A program made the translations under genes and the position numbers. Positions 8,889 to 18,465 of a stretch of DNA of 43,147 nt are shown here, piece by piece. Under the pieces are notes generated by a model that searched no databases, was not told the DNA's origin, and saw nothing but the letters and a program-made list of their open reading frames with translations. The DNA is from a bacterium (GTDB lineage Archaea; Thermoproteota; Bathyarchaeia; 40CM-2-53-6): contig JAJPJY010000069.1 in NCBI GenBank assembly GCA_021323995.1, positions 1 through 43,147 on the forward strand, written 5' to 3'. Numbering within the stretch: position 1 is the stretch's first letter; each line of letters starts with the position of its first letter.

Positions 8889-9671
8889 ATGGCAATGCGT
8901 GTCGATAATCACAGTCACATCATTCTCGCCAACATTAACGATATGGTTGCGGCGGCCAAGGCGAAAGGTGTTACAGAGTACTCCATTACTGAGCATGTCT
9001 CTCAGTTTAAGGAACTCCGAGAATCCATCAAGTTTGGCTCGACACATTCCTCTGGAAGACTCTTCGAAGACTTGAACCAATATGAAAGGGAGTTTCAGAA
9101 AATCGAACTACACGATCCGGGAATGAAGATCAACAGAGGTCTCGAGGTAGACTTTTCACCCCGGTTCGAGTCTCAAATTGCAGAATTCGTTGACAGGTCC
9201 AAGTGGGACGTTCTGCTCTGTTCAGTTCACGAGTTTGAAAACGCGAAGGATATCGAAAAGAATCCTGGAAGAGCGTTAGACCAGGACGAGGTAAACAGTC
9301 GCTGGCGAGAGTACATCAGGCTCCAGCAACTAGCGCTCGAGAGCGACTTCATTCCTTTCCAAGTGCTTGCTCATCCAGTTAGAATGTTCAGAGGTCTCCG
9401 AGCAGCTCCCTCGGAGATGGAGGAGCTGTTGCTCGGGTTAGCGGCGACCGCGGCGACAAGGGAGAAAGCTTTGGAGCTAAATGGAAACGATATCGATAAC
9501 GCTCCCAGACTGGTTCGTATGCTTGCTTCGGCTTGTTCAAAGACTGGTTGCAGAGTGAGCTTAGGCTCAGATGCGCATCATCCAAGAGGAGTGTTCCGTA
9601 ACATGGAAACTGCAATGCAACTCGTTGACGAGTTCAAGCTGAGACAATTCAGCATAGCTTCAACGCGTTAA
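8889..9671 (+). CDS. PHP-domain phosphoesterase (HisJ-like)
   Basis: DNHSH, ITEH, GLEVD, SVH, LAHP and GSDAH metal motifs. Confidence 0.88.
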   Translation: MAMRVDNHSHIILANINDMVAAAKAKGVTEYSITEHVSQFKELRESIKFGSTHSSGRLFEDLNQYEREFQKIELHDPGMKINRGLEVDFSPRFESQIAEFVDRSKWDVLLCSVHEFENAKDIEKNPGRALDQDEVNSRWREYIRLQQLALESDFIPFQVLAHPVRMFRGLRAAPSEMEELLLGLAATAATREKALELNGNDIDNAPRLVRMLASACSKTGCRVSLGSDAHHPRGVFRNMETAMQLVDEFKLRQFSIASTR

Positions 9672-9713
9672 GTCAACCCTCTTATGCCTGGACGAAAGCG
9701 CCTCGGAATCTGT

Positions 9714-10133
9714 ATGATCAAAGGTATTCACGGACTATTCTACACATCTCGACCAGAGGAAGCTCGGGCCTTCGTCCGAGACAAACTTCAGCTTCCGCAT
9801 ACTGATGTGGGTGACGGCTGGCTCATCTTCGATCTCCCGGAAGGAGATTTTGGGTTCCACCCTATTGACGAGTCTGGAAAACCGCCATCCGGTACCCACG
9901 ACATATCCTTCTACTGCAACGACATCGAGAGCACAGTTGCGTCGCTGAAGAAACGCGGAGTAGTTTTCGACCAGGACATATCCGATGCGGGCTTTGGCCG
10001 CATAACATACTTCACCATACCAGGCGACGTGAAAGTGATGCTCTACGAACCCAAATATTCAAAATCCAAACCGAAAAGGAAACCTAAACGATCCAGCACC
10101 TCTAGGGTTCAGAAGCGCCGGCGTCGCGGCTAA
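9714..10133 (+). CDS. VOC/glyoxalase family protein with basic C-terminal tail
   Basis: IKGIHGLFYT..DVGDGWLIF.LP..HP..ISFYCNDIE..GFG..F.IPG..LYEP. Confidence 0.8.
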   Translation: MIKGIHGLFYTSRPEEARAFVRDKLQLPHTDVGDGWLIFDLPEGDFGFHPIDESGKPPSGTHDISFYCNDIESTVASLKKRGVVFDQDISDAGFGRITYFTIPGDVKVMLYEPKYSKSKPKRKPKRSSTSRVQKRRRRG

Positions 10134-10252
10134 AGTATTGTCGGGCTCTTCTCACCTCTAATCTTAACATGATTACGCATCGAGAATGCTTGAGCTGGTA
10201 ACGTTTGGTCAAGTCATCAGAAAGAATGCGGGGCTCTTCAGCCAAGAGACTC

Positions 10253-10660
10253 ATGCTCAACGAAAAGAAACTGGTTACGAAACAACGATCGAAAGAGGTC
10301 GACGCATACATATCGGCCGCGCCAAAGGAAGCGCAGGCTAAACTCCGGCGGTTCCGAGCAATAATTAGCGAGGTGGCACCGACGGCCGTCGAACGCATAA
10401 GCTACCAGATGCCGTTCTACGACTACAAGGGACGCCTAGCTTGGTTCGGGCTGCACAAGACGTACATCGGACTGTATCTTCGACCTCCGGTTATCGAAGA
10501 GCACCAGAAAGAATTGGCCGGCTTCGGAACAACCAAATCTGCGGTGCACTTTCCCCTCGACGAAAAAATCCCTACCTCTATGGTCAAGAAACTAATCAGA
10601 GCTCGGTTGAAAAAGAACGAGGCAGAGACAAGCAATCGCGACTACGCGCGGACTCGATAG
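10253..10660 (+). CDS. DUF1801 (YdhG-like) protein
   Basis: VDAYI..E.ISYQMP.Y..K.YIGLY..KSAVHFPLDEKIP..KKLIRAR; start uncertain. Confidence 0.8.
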   Translation: MLNEKKLVTKQRSKEVDAYISAAPKEAQAKLRRFRAIISEVAPTAVERISYQMPFYDYKGRLAWFGLHKTYIGLYLRPPVIEEHQKELAGFGTTKSAVHFPLDEKIPTSMVKKLIRARLKKNEAETSNRDYARTR

Positions 10661-10731
10661 ACCCCAGTGGGTCAACGAGCTTCGAAGGCTTATCATCATC
10701 CGCCAAGGAAGAGTGGCCAGTTGATTATCTG

Positions 10732-11919
10732 ATGGACGTGTTGAAGGAGGCAACGGCGATCGAGCCTGAGATTATCAAGACTCGACGCGAGATTCATCAG
10801 CATCCTGAACTGGCCTATCATGAAGAAGCGACCGCTAAACTCGTCGCTGACAGACTCGAATCTCTGGGAATAGAGGTCCGGCGGAAGGTTGGCGGCACAG
10901 GGGTCCTGGGCACTCTCAAGGGGTCGAAGAATGGTCGGGTTGTGGCTCTGAGGGCCGACATGGACGCTCTACCTTTGGAGGAGAATGCTGATGTCGCCTT
11001 CAAGTCCAACGTCAAGGGGGTTATGCATGCTTGTGGTCACGACACTCACGTAGCTATTCTGCTCGGCGTTGCCAGGCTACTAGCCCATCACAGAGACGAG
11101 CTTCAGGGAACGGTCAAATTCCTCTTTCAACCCGCCGAGGAACACGGAGGGCGTGGTGGTGCGAAACCGATGATTGAGGACGGAGTGATGAAGGACCCGA
11201 AGGTGGACTTTGTCTTCGGTCTTCACATAAGCGGCGACCATCCATCCAAGGTCTTCGGTTTCAGAGGAGGGCCAATTATGGCAGCTCCGGACACGTTCAA
11301 GGTCCGCGTTATCGGGAAGGGAGGACACGGATCCGCCCCACATCAGACCATCGACCCGGTCTATGTAGCCGCTCAGATCATTACTTCGATGCAGGGAGTC
11401 TCTGGGAGAATGATCGATCCTATCCAGCCGTTTGTGGTCACGATAGGCTCAGTCCACAGCGGAACTAAAGAGAACATCATACCCGACGAAGCGGTTCTCG
11501 AAGGAACAATCAGAACACTAGACGAAGCCACTAGGAAGACAGCTAAGGCTAAGGTCCAGAAGGTAGCCGAGGGAGTTGCGAAGGCGTTCGGAGCGAAGGC
11601 AGTAGTCGATTTCGAGAAAGATGCCTATCCTGTGACAGTCAACGACCAGAAAGTAACGGAACAAGCGATGAAGATAACAAAGAAAATCCCCGGAACAAAA
11701 ACAATCACCATGAAACCATTACTCGGCGGAGAAGACTTCTCCAGATTCCTACTCGAAGCACCAGGCACATTCTACTTCCTCGGCACCATAAATCCGACGA
11801 AAGGATGTATCTACCCAAATCACAGTTCAAAATTCAAGGTCGACGAGGACGTTCTAAAGTATGGCGCGGCTTCGCTGGCTATGCTCGCTCTAGAATTCAC
11901 CAAATCAAACAACGTGTAG
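10732..11919 (+). CDS. M20D amidohydrolase / CpsA-like carboxypeptidase
   Basis: RREIHQHPELAY, LRADMDALP, MHACGHDTH, FQPAEE, GGHGS, GEDFS, HSSKF; ATG 10732 chosen to avoid overlap. Confidence 0.92.
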   Translation: MDVLKEATAIEPEIIKTRREIHQHPELAYHEEATAKLVADRLESLGIEVRRKVGGTGVLGTLKGSKNGRVVALRADMDALPLEENADVAFKSNVKGVMHACGHDTHVAILLGVARLLAHHRDELQGTVKFLFQPAEEHGGRGGAKPMIEDGVMKDPKVDFVFGLHISGDHPSKVFGFRGGPIMAAPDTFKVRVIGKGGHGSAPHQTIDPVYVAAQIITSMQGVSGRMIDPIQPFVVTIGSVHSGTKENIIPDEAVLEGTIRTLDEATRKTAKAKVQKVAEGVAKAFGAKAVVDFEKDAYPVTVNDQKVTEQAMKITKKIPGTKTITMKPLLGGEDFSRFLLEAPGTFYFLGTINPTKGCIYPNHSSKFKVDEDVLKYGAASLAMLALEFTKSNNV

Positions 11920-12131
11920 GACCAGAGTATTCGTTTCAAGAACCATTTGCCCGTTAGGAAAGGGGCAATGCTTGCATAGACCTCAAACGCGATCTCGTCG
12001 TAGGTGAGACTGTTACGGTTGACGAATATGTCTAGGTGCATACTCTTGGCCCCAGCAAGGGGTTACGCGAGTCTTTAGCGCTAGTAGTCAGTCTTCCCGA
12101 AGTCTGAGAACGGATTTCATAGCTTATTGGA

Positions 12132-14636
12132 ATGGGACGATTGCTCGCGACCCAGAAGAGATTACAGATTCTTATCTTGTTAGTAGCGGGCTCGCTGGTC
12201 GCTCTTGGAGCCACTCCGCAAGCTCACGCCATAGGCTATACTCTTACGACTAGTGTAGCCCGAACCCAGGAGTCAAACACGCCTGGAGTCGTCTTGACAC
12301 TCAATGTGACAGGGGCATCGGTCAGTACAACGTACAAGTTTACCTGGGTAGTTACCGATCCCACAAATCACAATGCGAACGCGGCGAACCAGACAACCAC
12401 TACGGCTACCCAGACGAGTTTCGTTTTGAGCGTCGACTATCCCTCTCAGTTCGGCGGAACAAACATCGACTACGTCGGTAATTACACGGTCAATGTTCAA
12501 GAAAACAATCCCGTCTCGATTCCAAGTGTTGCCACGGGACGTTTTCTTGTCGGACTAACCGATTCTATCTCATACGCGAGAACCTCTACGGCTTCGATCG
12601 TAGCGAGCGGCTACGCCAACAATTCGCCTGTGACTCTCAACATCTCCCACCAAGGATCACCCGCTCCTGGATATCCCAAAACGGTCACGGCAAGTCCTAC
12701 TGGAACCGTCTCAGCCGGTTGGGCCATACCTGCTAGCGTTCCTACGGGAATATGGTACGTGTCTCTCCTACCCGCGAAGAGCATTGCGGACAACCAGACC
12801 ATTACTATCCTCGCCGCAAACGTAACAATACCCAGGCTGAACATTGCGCAGGCAACACTACAGCGAATGCAGACCCAATCGTTTAGTTTTGACGCTAGTT
12901 ATCCAAACGGGTCATCTGTCCGTGTCGGTTCGGGCCAGATCACGATAACGGAATCAAATGGAACTACGTTGCCGCTTCAGGCAACTTACAATTCGACTCT
13001 CTCAGCCTTCAGCGTCCTGTACAGGGTCCCAATCAGTGCTCCGACAGGTGTTTGGACGGCCGCGATTCAATCGAATGCTTTCAACGACGGTTACGGAAAT
13101 CTGGGGCCGATAGCCATTCTGTCTGGTAGCTTTTCGATCGACGCGATTAACATCACGATCTCACAGCTGAACATTGGCCAAGTCTCTCTTGCTAGAACGC
13201 AGGCCCAAACGGTCAGTTTCAAGGCGACTTATCAAAATGGGATCCAGGTTCAGACGGGTTCAGCCCAAGTCACGATGACCGAGACTGATGGAACGACCTC
13301 CTTCTCAACCCAGGCTGTTTACAATTCCACTCTCGGGACATTCCATGCATCATACCGGATTCCTCCAGACAGTGAGACTGGAGCGTGGGTAGCTTCCATA
13401 GACGCGGATGCTTTCAATGATGGGTTCGGAAATCTTGGACCCTCAGCGAGCGTCGTGAGAGCCTTCACTGTTGTGGCTGCTAACCTGACCGTGTCCGCTT
13501 CTATTCCGGGCCAGACCTATACGCTGGGACAGGTCGTCCCGATTTACGCAATAATAGTATTCCCTGACGGCAGTCTATTCAGAAGCGGCAACGTCACCGC
13601 AGTCCTTTCATCCGCAACTGCGCAAATAGGAACAACAAGTCTAACGTTCGTGCCAGGTCAGTCGCAGTGGGTGGGCACTTACACTGTAAAGTCAGGCGAT
13701 CCTTCCGGGCTACTGCTCGTAACCCTGAAAGTTATCGATTCTTACGGCAACGGTGGCCAAGAAACTGTTTCCGCCATCATTAACGTTCCCCCTCCCGCGC
13801 CAGCTCAACAACCGCTAGATCTGTACTATTTCCTCTTGGCCGCTCTCGCAATAGGCTCCGGAGGATCAGGTCTCCTACTGGTCAGGAGGATCAATCCGAC
13901 CCATGGAGGCTTTGACGAATTCTTCAGACTGACCGGAGGAGAGATCCCAACGGGAACTACTCTCTTGATCCTAGGCGAGCCGGGTAGCGGCAGTAGCACT
14001 CTCACCCAAGAGCTGATTCATCACCAACTGGAGAAGGGAGGACGCTGCGGCCTGCTCACCTACGACGCGTTCCCATCAGAGGTCTCTCGCGCAATGAGAA
14101 GCTTCGGATGGGACCCGACTCTGAACCTGAGCGATGGGACATTCAAGATTCTAGACTGTTATTCGGCTCTGGCAGGGGCAGAAAACGCGCCCATCAGGGA
14201 TCCCGTTGATTTCACCGAAATAAGCATCCAGGTCAGCAGCATGATCGAAAAGGCCTCACCAAAGCCTCTGACTCTAGTAGTGGATTCGATCACTCCACTC
14301 TTCAACAGCGCACCATCCCGGACAGTCATTAACTTCCTCAGAGTAGTGAGTGCGAAGCTCAAAAGCAACAACGGCATCCTGATGCTTACCGCTGCCAAGG
14401 GCTCGATTCCGGAGGAAGTAAGATCAAACCTCGAGACCACTGTCGACGGTGTCGTGGACCTCAGTATAATTCACAGCGGGCAATCAGTGATCAGAAGATT
14501 GACCGTCAGTAGACTCGCAGGCAGGAAGATTTCTTCAGAGCCTACGGAATTCGACATTGTACCAGGCAAAGGCATACTGTTTAGAAAACTTCGGATTCCT
14601 CTAGGGATAATTTCGCCGAAGAGAAAGGCGGACTAG
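12132..14636 (+). CDS. Surface protein with Ig-like repeats, a TM helix and a degenerate KaiC/RAD55-like ATPase domain
   Basis: Signal peptide (..QAHA); Thr/Ser-rich beta domains with a tandem duplication of about 110 aa; TM YYFLLAALAIGSGGSGLLLV; then GGEIP.G..LLILGEPGSGSST, ILDCYS, VVDSI, DGVVDL. Confidence 0.85.
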   Translation: MGRLLATQKRLQILILLVAGSLVALGATPQAHAIGYTLTTSVARTQESNTPGVVLTLNVTGASVSTTYKFTWVVTDPTNHNANAANQTTTTATQTSFVLSVDYPSQFGGTNIDYVGNYTVNVQENNPVSIPSVATGRFLVGLTDSISYARTSTASIVASGYANNSPVTLNISHQGSPAPGYPKTVTASPTGTVSAGWAIPASVPTGIWYVSLLPAKSIADNQTITILAANVTIPRLNIAQATLQRMQTQSFSFDASYPNGSSVRVGSGQITITESNGTTLPLQATYNSTLSAFSVLYRVPISAPTGVWTAAIQSNAFNDGYGNLGPIAILSGSFSIDAINITISQLNIGQVSLARTQAQTVSFKATYQNGIQVQTGSAQVTMTETDGTTSFSTQAVYNSTLGTFHASYRIPPDSETGAWVASIDADAFNDGFGNLGPSASVVRAFTVVAANLTVSASIPGQTYTLGQVVPIYAIIVFPDGSLFRSGNVTAVLSSATAQIGTTSLTFVPGQSQWVGTYTVKSGDPSGLLLVTLKVIDSYGNGGQETVSAIINVPPPAPAQQPLDLYYFLLAALAIGSGGSGLLLVRRINPTHGGFDEFFRLTGGEIPTGTTLLILGEPGSGSSTLTQELIHHQLEKGGRCGLLTYDAFPSEVSRAMRSFGWDPTLNLSDGTFKILDCYSALAGAENAPIRDPVDFTEISIQVSSMIEKASPKPLTLVVDSITPLFNSAPSRTVINFLRVVSAKLKSNNGILMLTAAKGSIPEEVRSNLETTVDGVVDLSIIHSGQSVIRRLTVSRLAGRKISSEPTEFDIVPGKGILFRKLRIPLGIISPKRKAD

Positions 14637-14670
14637 TTTCTCCTTTCGCCTGTTTGAAGGGCGCTCGATT

Positions 14671-15390
14671 CTAGTTTGCGGTCTTGTCTTCTAGGACCCT
14701 ACTGTACACTAGTCCGGCCAAAATAGCGCCAATGAGCGGGCCCACCCAGTAGATGTACCAGTAGCTTGGAAATGAGACGCCTGTTACGAGGCCTGCTATC
14801 ATGGGGCCCATGGCTCTGGCGGGGTTCATGGCTGCGCCCGTGAACGGTCCCCCGACCAGGACGTCGGCGAGCACGATGAGGCCTACGCCGAAACCGGCGA
14901 TCTTTGGCGCGCGCTTGTCCACGATTGTCCCATAGACTGCTGTAACTAGGAGGAACGTCATGACGAGTTCGAATACTGTTCCTTGTGCGACTGAGATGGC
15001 GTTCGTGGCTAAAACAGGGGCTCCCCAGGATACGGCCTTTCCAATATCGGACGGTAGGACGCTGATCAGGAGGAGGCCCGCGATAATGGCGCCAACTAGC
15101 TGAGCGATCCAGTAGGGGATTACGTCTTTTGTTTTTGCCTTCTTTCCGACGAGAAGTCCGATGGTGACTGCAGGGTTGAGATGGCCTCCGGAGATTCCCA
15201 TAGTAACGGAGATTCCTATCGCGAGGCCTAGTCCATTTGCGAGAGCTGCAACGAGCAGTGAGCCGGCAGCGTCATAAAATGTGAATATGTATTGGCTGGC
15301 GACCGCCGAGCCCGCCCCGACAAAGACGAACAGGAATGTTCCGACAAGTTCAGCCGTGAATCTTCGAACAATGTCTGGCTCATTTGACAA
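14671..15390 (-). CDS. Aquaporin (MIP family)
   Basis: AELVGTF, SGGHLNPAVT, GAAMNPARAMGP, YWVGP; two NPA motifs. Confidence 0.95.
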   Translation of the reverse strand: MSNEPDIVRRFTAELVGTFLFVFVGAGSAVASQYIFTFYDAAGSLLVAALANGLGLAIGISVTMGISGGHLNPAVTIGLLVGKKAKTKDVIPYWIAQLVGAIIAGLLLISVLPSDIGKAVSWGAPVLATNAISVAQGTVFELVMTFLLVTAVYGTIVDKRAPKIAGFGVGLIVLADVLVGGPFTGAAMNPARAMGPMIAGLVTGVSFPSYWYIYWVGPLIGAILAGLVYSRVLEDKTAN

Positions 15391-15459
15391 TTGGGGATTA
15401 CACGCCTTAGAGACTTTGGAATTAGGTTGCTTTCTTAAGACTTGTTAAAGATGGATTTT

Positions 15460-15576
15460 TCAGATGCACACGACTGTGCAATCGGCCTCTAGTAGCAGTC
15501 CTAGAACTATGCCCACTGCTAATCCGATTGCCAATCCAATTGTCGTTCCCAGGAGAACTGTTTTCGAGATCAACAA
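15460..15576 (-). CDS. 38-aa glycine-zipper membrane peptide (absent from ORF track)
   Basis: TTG start; MLISKTVLLGTTIGLAIGLAVGIVLGLLLEADCTVVCI*. Confidence 0.5.
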   Translation of the reverse strand: MLISKTVLLGTTIGLAIGLAVGIVLGLLLEADCTVVCI

Positions 15577-15592
15577 ATCGCGTCCTTTCTAA

Positions 15593-15630
15593 TCAAAAAG
15601 GGAGATGGGTGTTCAGACTATTTCCCATCT
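15593..15630 (-). terminator. Hairpin plus T-tract terminator
   Basis: Minus strand AGATGGG..CCCATCT-CCC-TTTTT right after the stop of 15630..16181. Confidence 0.55.
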
Positions 15631-16181
15631 TACTTGGGTGTTACTGTCGCGCCTTGGATCTTCAGGAACCACAAGTGCGCTAGTTTGCTCTGTGGCATTC
15701 GGAAGTCTACGGTGAAAGCTGTGGTGGATGAGGCTTTGGCGTGGACACCGAAGAGTATCAGGTGGAATGTTTTGCCTGAGCTGTCCTTGACGACGAGGTG
15801 GAGTATCATCCTGTCGCTGTGGTAGGTGCTTATTCCATGCCCGCTGACAACAGTGTATGTGCTGCCGCCGCCTTCTACTGACCCAAGGGTCAATGTGCCG
15901 CCTGTGAAGTTGAGCATTCCCCGTCCTGGGGAGCTCTTGTCCACAGTGGCGGTGAGGCTGATAGTCGCGGATTCGGTCCTTGTCTTGTTTCCGATCTTGT
16001 AGGCCGTTCCTGACCCGCCTATCGTTAGAGTTGTGCCTTTGGCGATTGGTGGAACCTGATGATGGCCATGGTCTGAATGGTCCGCTGCGATTCCTGTCGG
16101 GAGTGCGCCGACGACTGGGACTACAATGCCGAGTGCTAGAGCTAGAGTCATTATTGTTCCGATCAGTGCCATTCTTCGCAT
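15630..16181 (-). CDS. Secreted hypothetical protein with His-rich N-terminus
   Basis: Signal peptide, DHSDHGHH, then a beta-rich domain. Confidence 0.7.
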   Translation of the reverse strand: MRRMALIGTIMTLALALGIVVPVVGALPTGIAADHSDHGHHQVPPIAKGTTLTIGGSGTAYKIGNKTRTESATISLTATVDKSSPGRGMLNFTGGTLTLGSVEGGGSTYTVVSGHGISTYHSDRMILHLVVKDSSGKTFHLILFGVHAKASSTTAFTVDFRMPQSKLAHLWFLKIQGATVTPK

Positions 16182-16315
16182 TTTTCTTCGCGGAGCTTAG
16201 CGTATGCCCGGAGGTATAACCCAACAGATTTGATCACTAGTTCAATTGATCAGAACATAGAGTGGAAAACTGGAATATGGAAAGAGGAGTCGCGTGCTCT
16301 TTCGCGTGGATTCGG

Positions 16316-18205
16316 CTACCGAATTAGCCGCGCCGAGTTCAGTATAAAGACCAGTTCGGAAGCTACATGGATTCCAGCCGCGAGTAGAGGATTGAGCAGT
16401 CCCTGAAACGCGAGAGTCAATCCGATCCCGTCCACGATCAAGGTCCCGTAGAAGTTCTGCATGATGGCGCCGTAGGCCTGCTTGCTTGCTCTAACGATAG
16501 CTGGGACCTTTCCCAGGTCGTTGGTCATGAGTACGATATCTGCTTCTTCGATGGCAACGTCAGTGCCGGTGCCCATTCCTATGCCAACGTTCGCTCTCGC
16601 CAGTGCAGGAGCATCGTTGATTCCATCTCCCACCATGGCAACTTTTCGTCCAGAGGACGATAGGTTGTCGATGATGGAGACCTTCTCTGGAGGAAGGAGT
16701 TCTGCATGGACCTCTCTGATTCCTACTTGGTCCCCGACGGTCCTTGCGGCGACTTTGTTGTCGCCAGTGAGCATAATGGTCCTCAGGCCCATGCTTTCCA
16801 AGTCTTGGATCGCTTGGCGGCTTTCGTTTCGTATTCGGTCTGCGATTCCGATGATTCCACAGATGTGACCGTCGTGAGCAACGAGAACTGTAGTCTTGCC
16901 TTCAGACTCCTTTGCAGAGAGGGTCGCGTCTACGTCGGTTGATAGTGGAACATGTTGTTCGGACATGAGCAGTGAGTTTCCTACTAGAATACTTTCATCA
17001 CCGAACCGTGAAACCATGCCTTTTCCTGCTTGGTAATCTGAAGCCGTGCTTGATTCTGGGTTGATTCCGAACTGCTTGGCCTTTGTTGTGATTGCACGTG
17101 CTAGGGGGTGGTTTGACATTTTTTCCGCGGCCGCGGCGAACGTCAACACTTGTCTTTCGGAGTGGCCGTTCAGCCCCACAATGTCCGTGACGACTGGGTC
17201 TCCGAGAGTCAGGGTCCCGGTCTTGTCGATTACGACCGTGTCGACCTTGCTCATCTCTTGGACGTACACTCCCCCTTTGACGATGACGCCTTTCTTCGCG
17301 AGTCCTCCCATGACGGCGACTATCGCGAGAGGCGTCCCGGCTGCGACTCCGCAGGCGCCCGCTACGACGATGACCGATATTGTCGATATGAGGTTCCTGG
17401 TTACAACGAAGGTGACTACTGCAAAGAGGATGGTGAATTCGACTAGCCATGTCGCCAGTTTGTCTGATAGTTTCTGTATCGGGGCCTTCCGACTCTCAGC
17501 TTCTTCCACCAGTCTGATAATCTGACCGAATACCGTCTCAATTCCGACCTTCTCGGTCTCTATCTCTAGTATGCCGGACTCGTTGATGCTCCCTGCGAAG
17601 ACTCGATTACCGATTGTTTTCTCAACTGCTAGGGCTTCTCCGGTGATTGCGGATTGGTTTACGAATCCGGAGCCTTTGACGAGGATCCCGTCGATAGGAA
17701 TGCGCTCGCCATCTCTGACAATTACGACTTCATGCGGTGAGATGGTTTCGATGTCCGCCTCGACCTCGTCGTTGTGCCGACGGACTAGGGCTCTTCTCGG
17801 GATCGACTCTTCCAGTTTCACAATTGTTGCTCTACCCTTGTCTACAGCATAGGATTCGATGAATTCCGATAACAGAACGAAGAAAGTGACCACGACTGCC
17901 GCAGTGAATTGGCCGACCAGGAGCGACGCGACTATGGCCACTGTCATGGATACTTCCATGTTTATCGCGCGATGGCGAAGCGAGCGGAACGTCTCCGCAA
18001 AAACCGGGAACCCTCCGACAAGCGTGGCGGCAATTGCTATGATGTCGAAGGAGACGAATGCCCGCCAGAGTCCAAAATAGCTGGAGAGGGCGGCCACGGC
18101 CATGAGAACGAGACGTATTCCGTCTCTCCCCTGATCTTCAGGAGTTTCTACCGTTCTGGCGATGACTCCCCCCGTCACGGGGAGTTCGCTGGGATGAGTG
18201 CTCAA
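16316..18205 (-). CDS. Heavy-metal P1B-type ATPase with atypical GACG motif
   Basis: TGE, DKTGTLT, HP, MLTGD and GDGINDAP motifs; VVAGACGVAAGTP replaces CPC; no N-terminal metal-binding domain. Confidence 0.92.
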   Translation of the reverse strand: MSTHPSELPVTGGVIARTVETPEDQGRDGIRLVLMAVAALSSYFGLWRAFVSFDIIAIAATLVGGFPVFAETFRSLRHRAINMEVSMTVAIVASLLVGQFTAAVVVTFFVLLSEFIESYAVDKGRATIVKLEESIPRRALVRRHNDEVEADIETISPHEVVIVRDGERIPIDGILVKGSGFVNQSAITGEALAVEKTIGNRVFAGSINESGILEIETEKVGIETVFGQIIRLVEEAESRKAPIQKLSDKLATWLVEFTILFAVVTFVVTRNLISTISVIVVAGACGVAAGTPLAIVAVMGGLAKKGVIVKGGVYVQEMSKVDTVVIDKTGTLTLGDPVVTDIVGLNGHSERQVLTFAAAAEKMSNHPLARAITTKAKQFGINPESSTASDYQAGKGMVSRFGDESILVGNSLLMSEQHVPLSTDVDATLSAKESEGKTTVLVAHDGHICGIIGIADRIRNESRQAIQDLESMGLRTIMLTGDNKVAARTVGDQVGIREVHAELLPPEKVSIIDNLSSSGRKVAMVGDGINDAPALARANVGIGMGTGTDVAIEEADIVLMTNDLGKVPAIVRASKQAYGAIMQNFYGTLIVDGIGLTLAFQGLLNPLLAAGIHVASELVFILNSARLIR

Positions 18206-18465
18206 CTTCTGTTGGCGACTACTTGTTTTAGTTCGAGAACGAGATCGTTTACTCGCTCTCCCTTTCTCGAAGTGGCGACACAGTCTTCGACAATGTCTTC
18301 GATGATGACTTCAACTACGCTGTCAAGCGAGGCCCTGACTGCAGAAACTTGGTGCACAATTTCCGGATATGCTCTTTCCTCAACGAGCATCTTGCGAATA
18401 GAGCGCACGTGTCCCTCAATCCGTGCTAGCCTCTGATCGACCTCTGGGCGCTTGTGTCTGGACAT
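18202..18465 (-). CDS. CsoR/RcnR-family metal-sensing repressor
   Basis: RLARIEGHVRSIRKML..EIVHQVSAVRASL; overlaps the ATPase start. Confidence 0.85.
   Translation of the reverse strand: MSRHKRPEVDQRLARIEGHVRSIRKMLVEERAYPEIVHQVSAVRASLDSVVEVIIEDIVEDCVATSRKGERVNDLVLELKQVVANRS

Noticed and set aside
16482-18436. Many plus-strand ORFs opposite the P1B-ATPase, and similar shadow ORFs elsewhere
   Set aside because: They are antisense shadows of well-supported genes and have no protein-like motifs.
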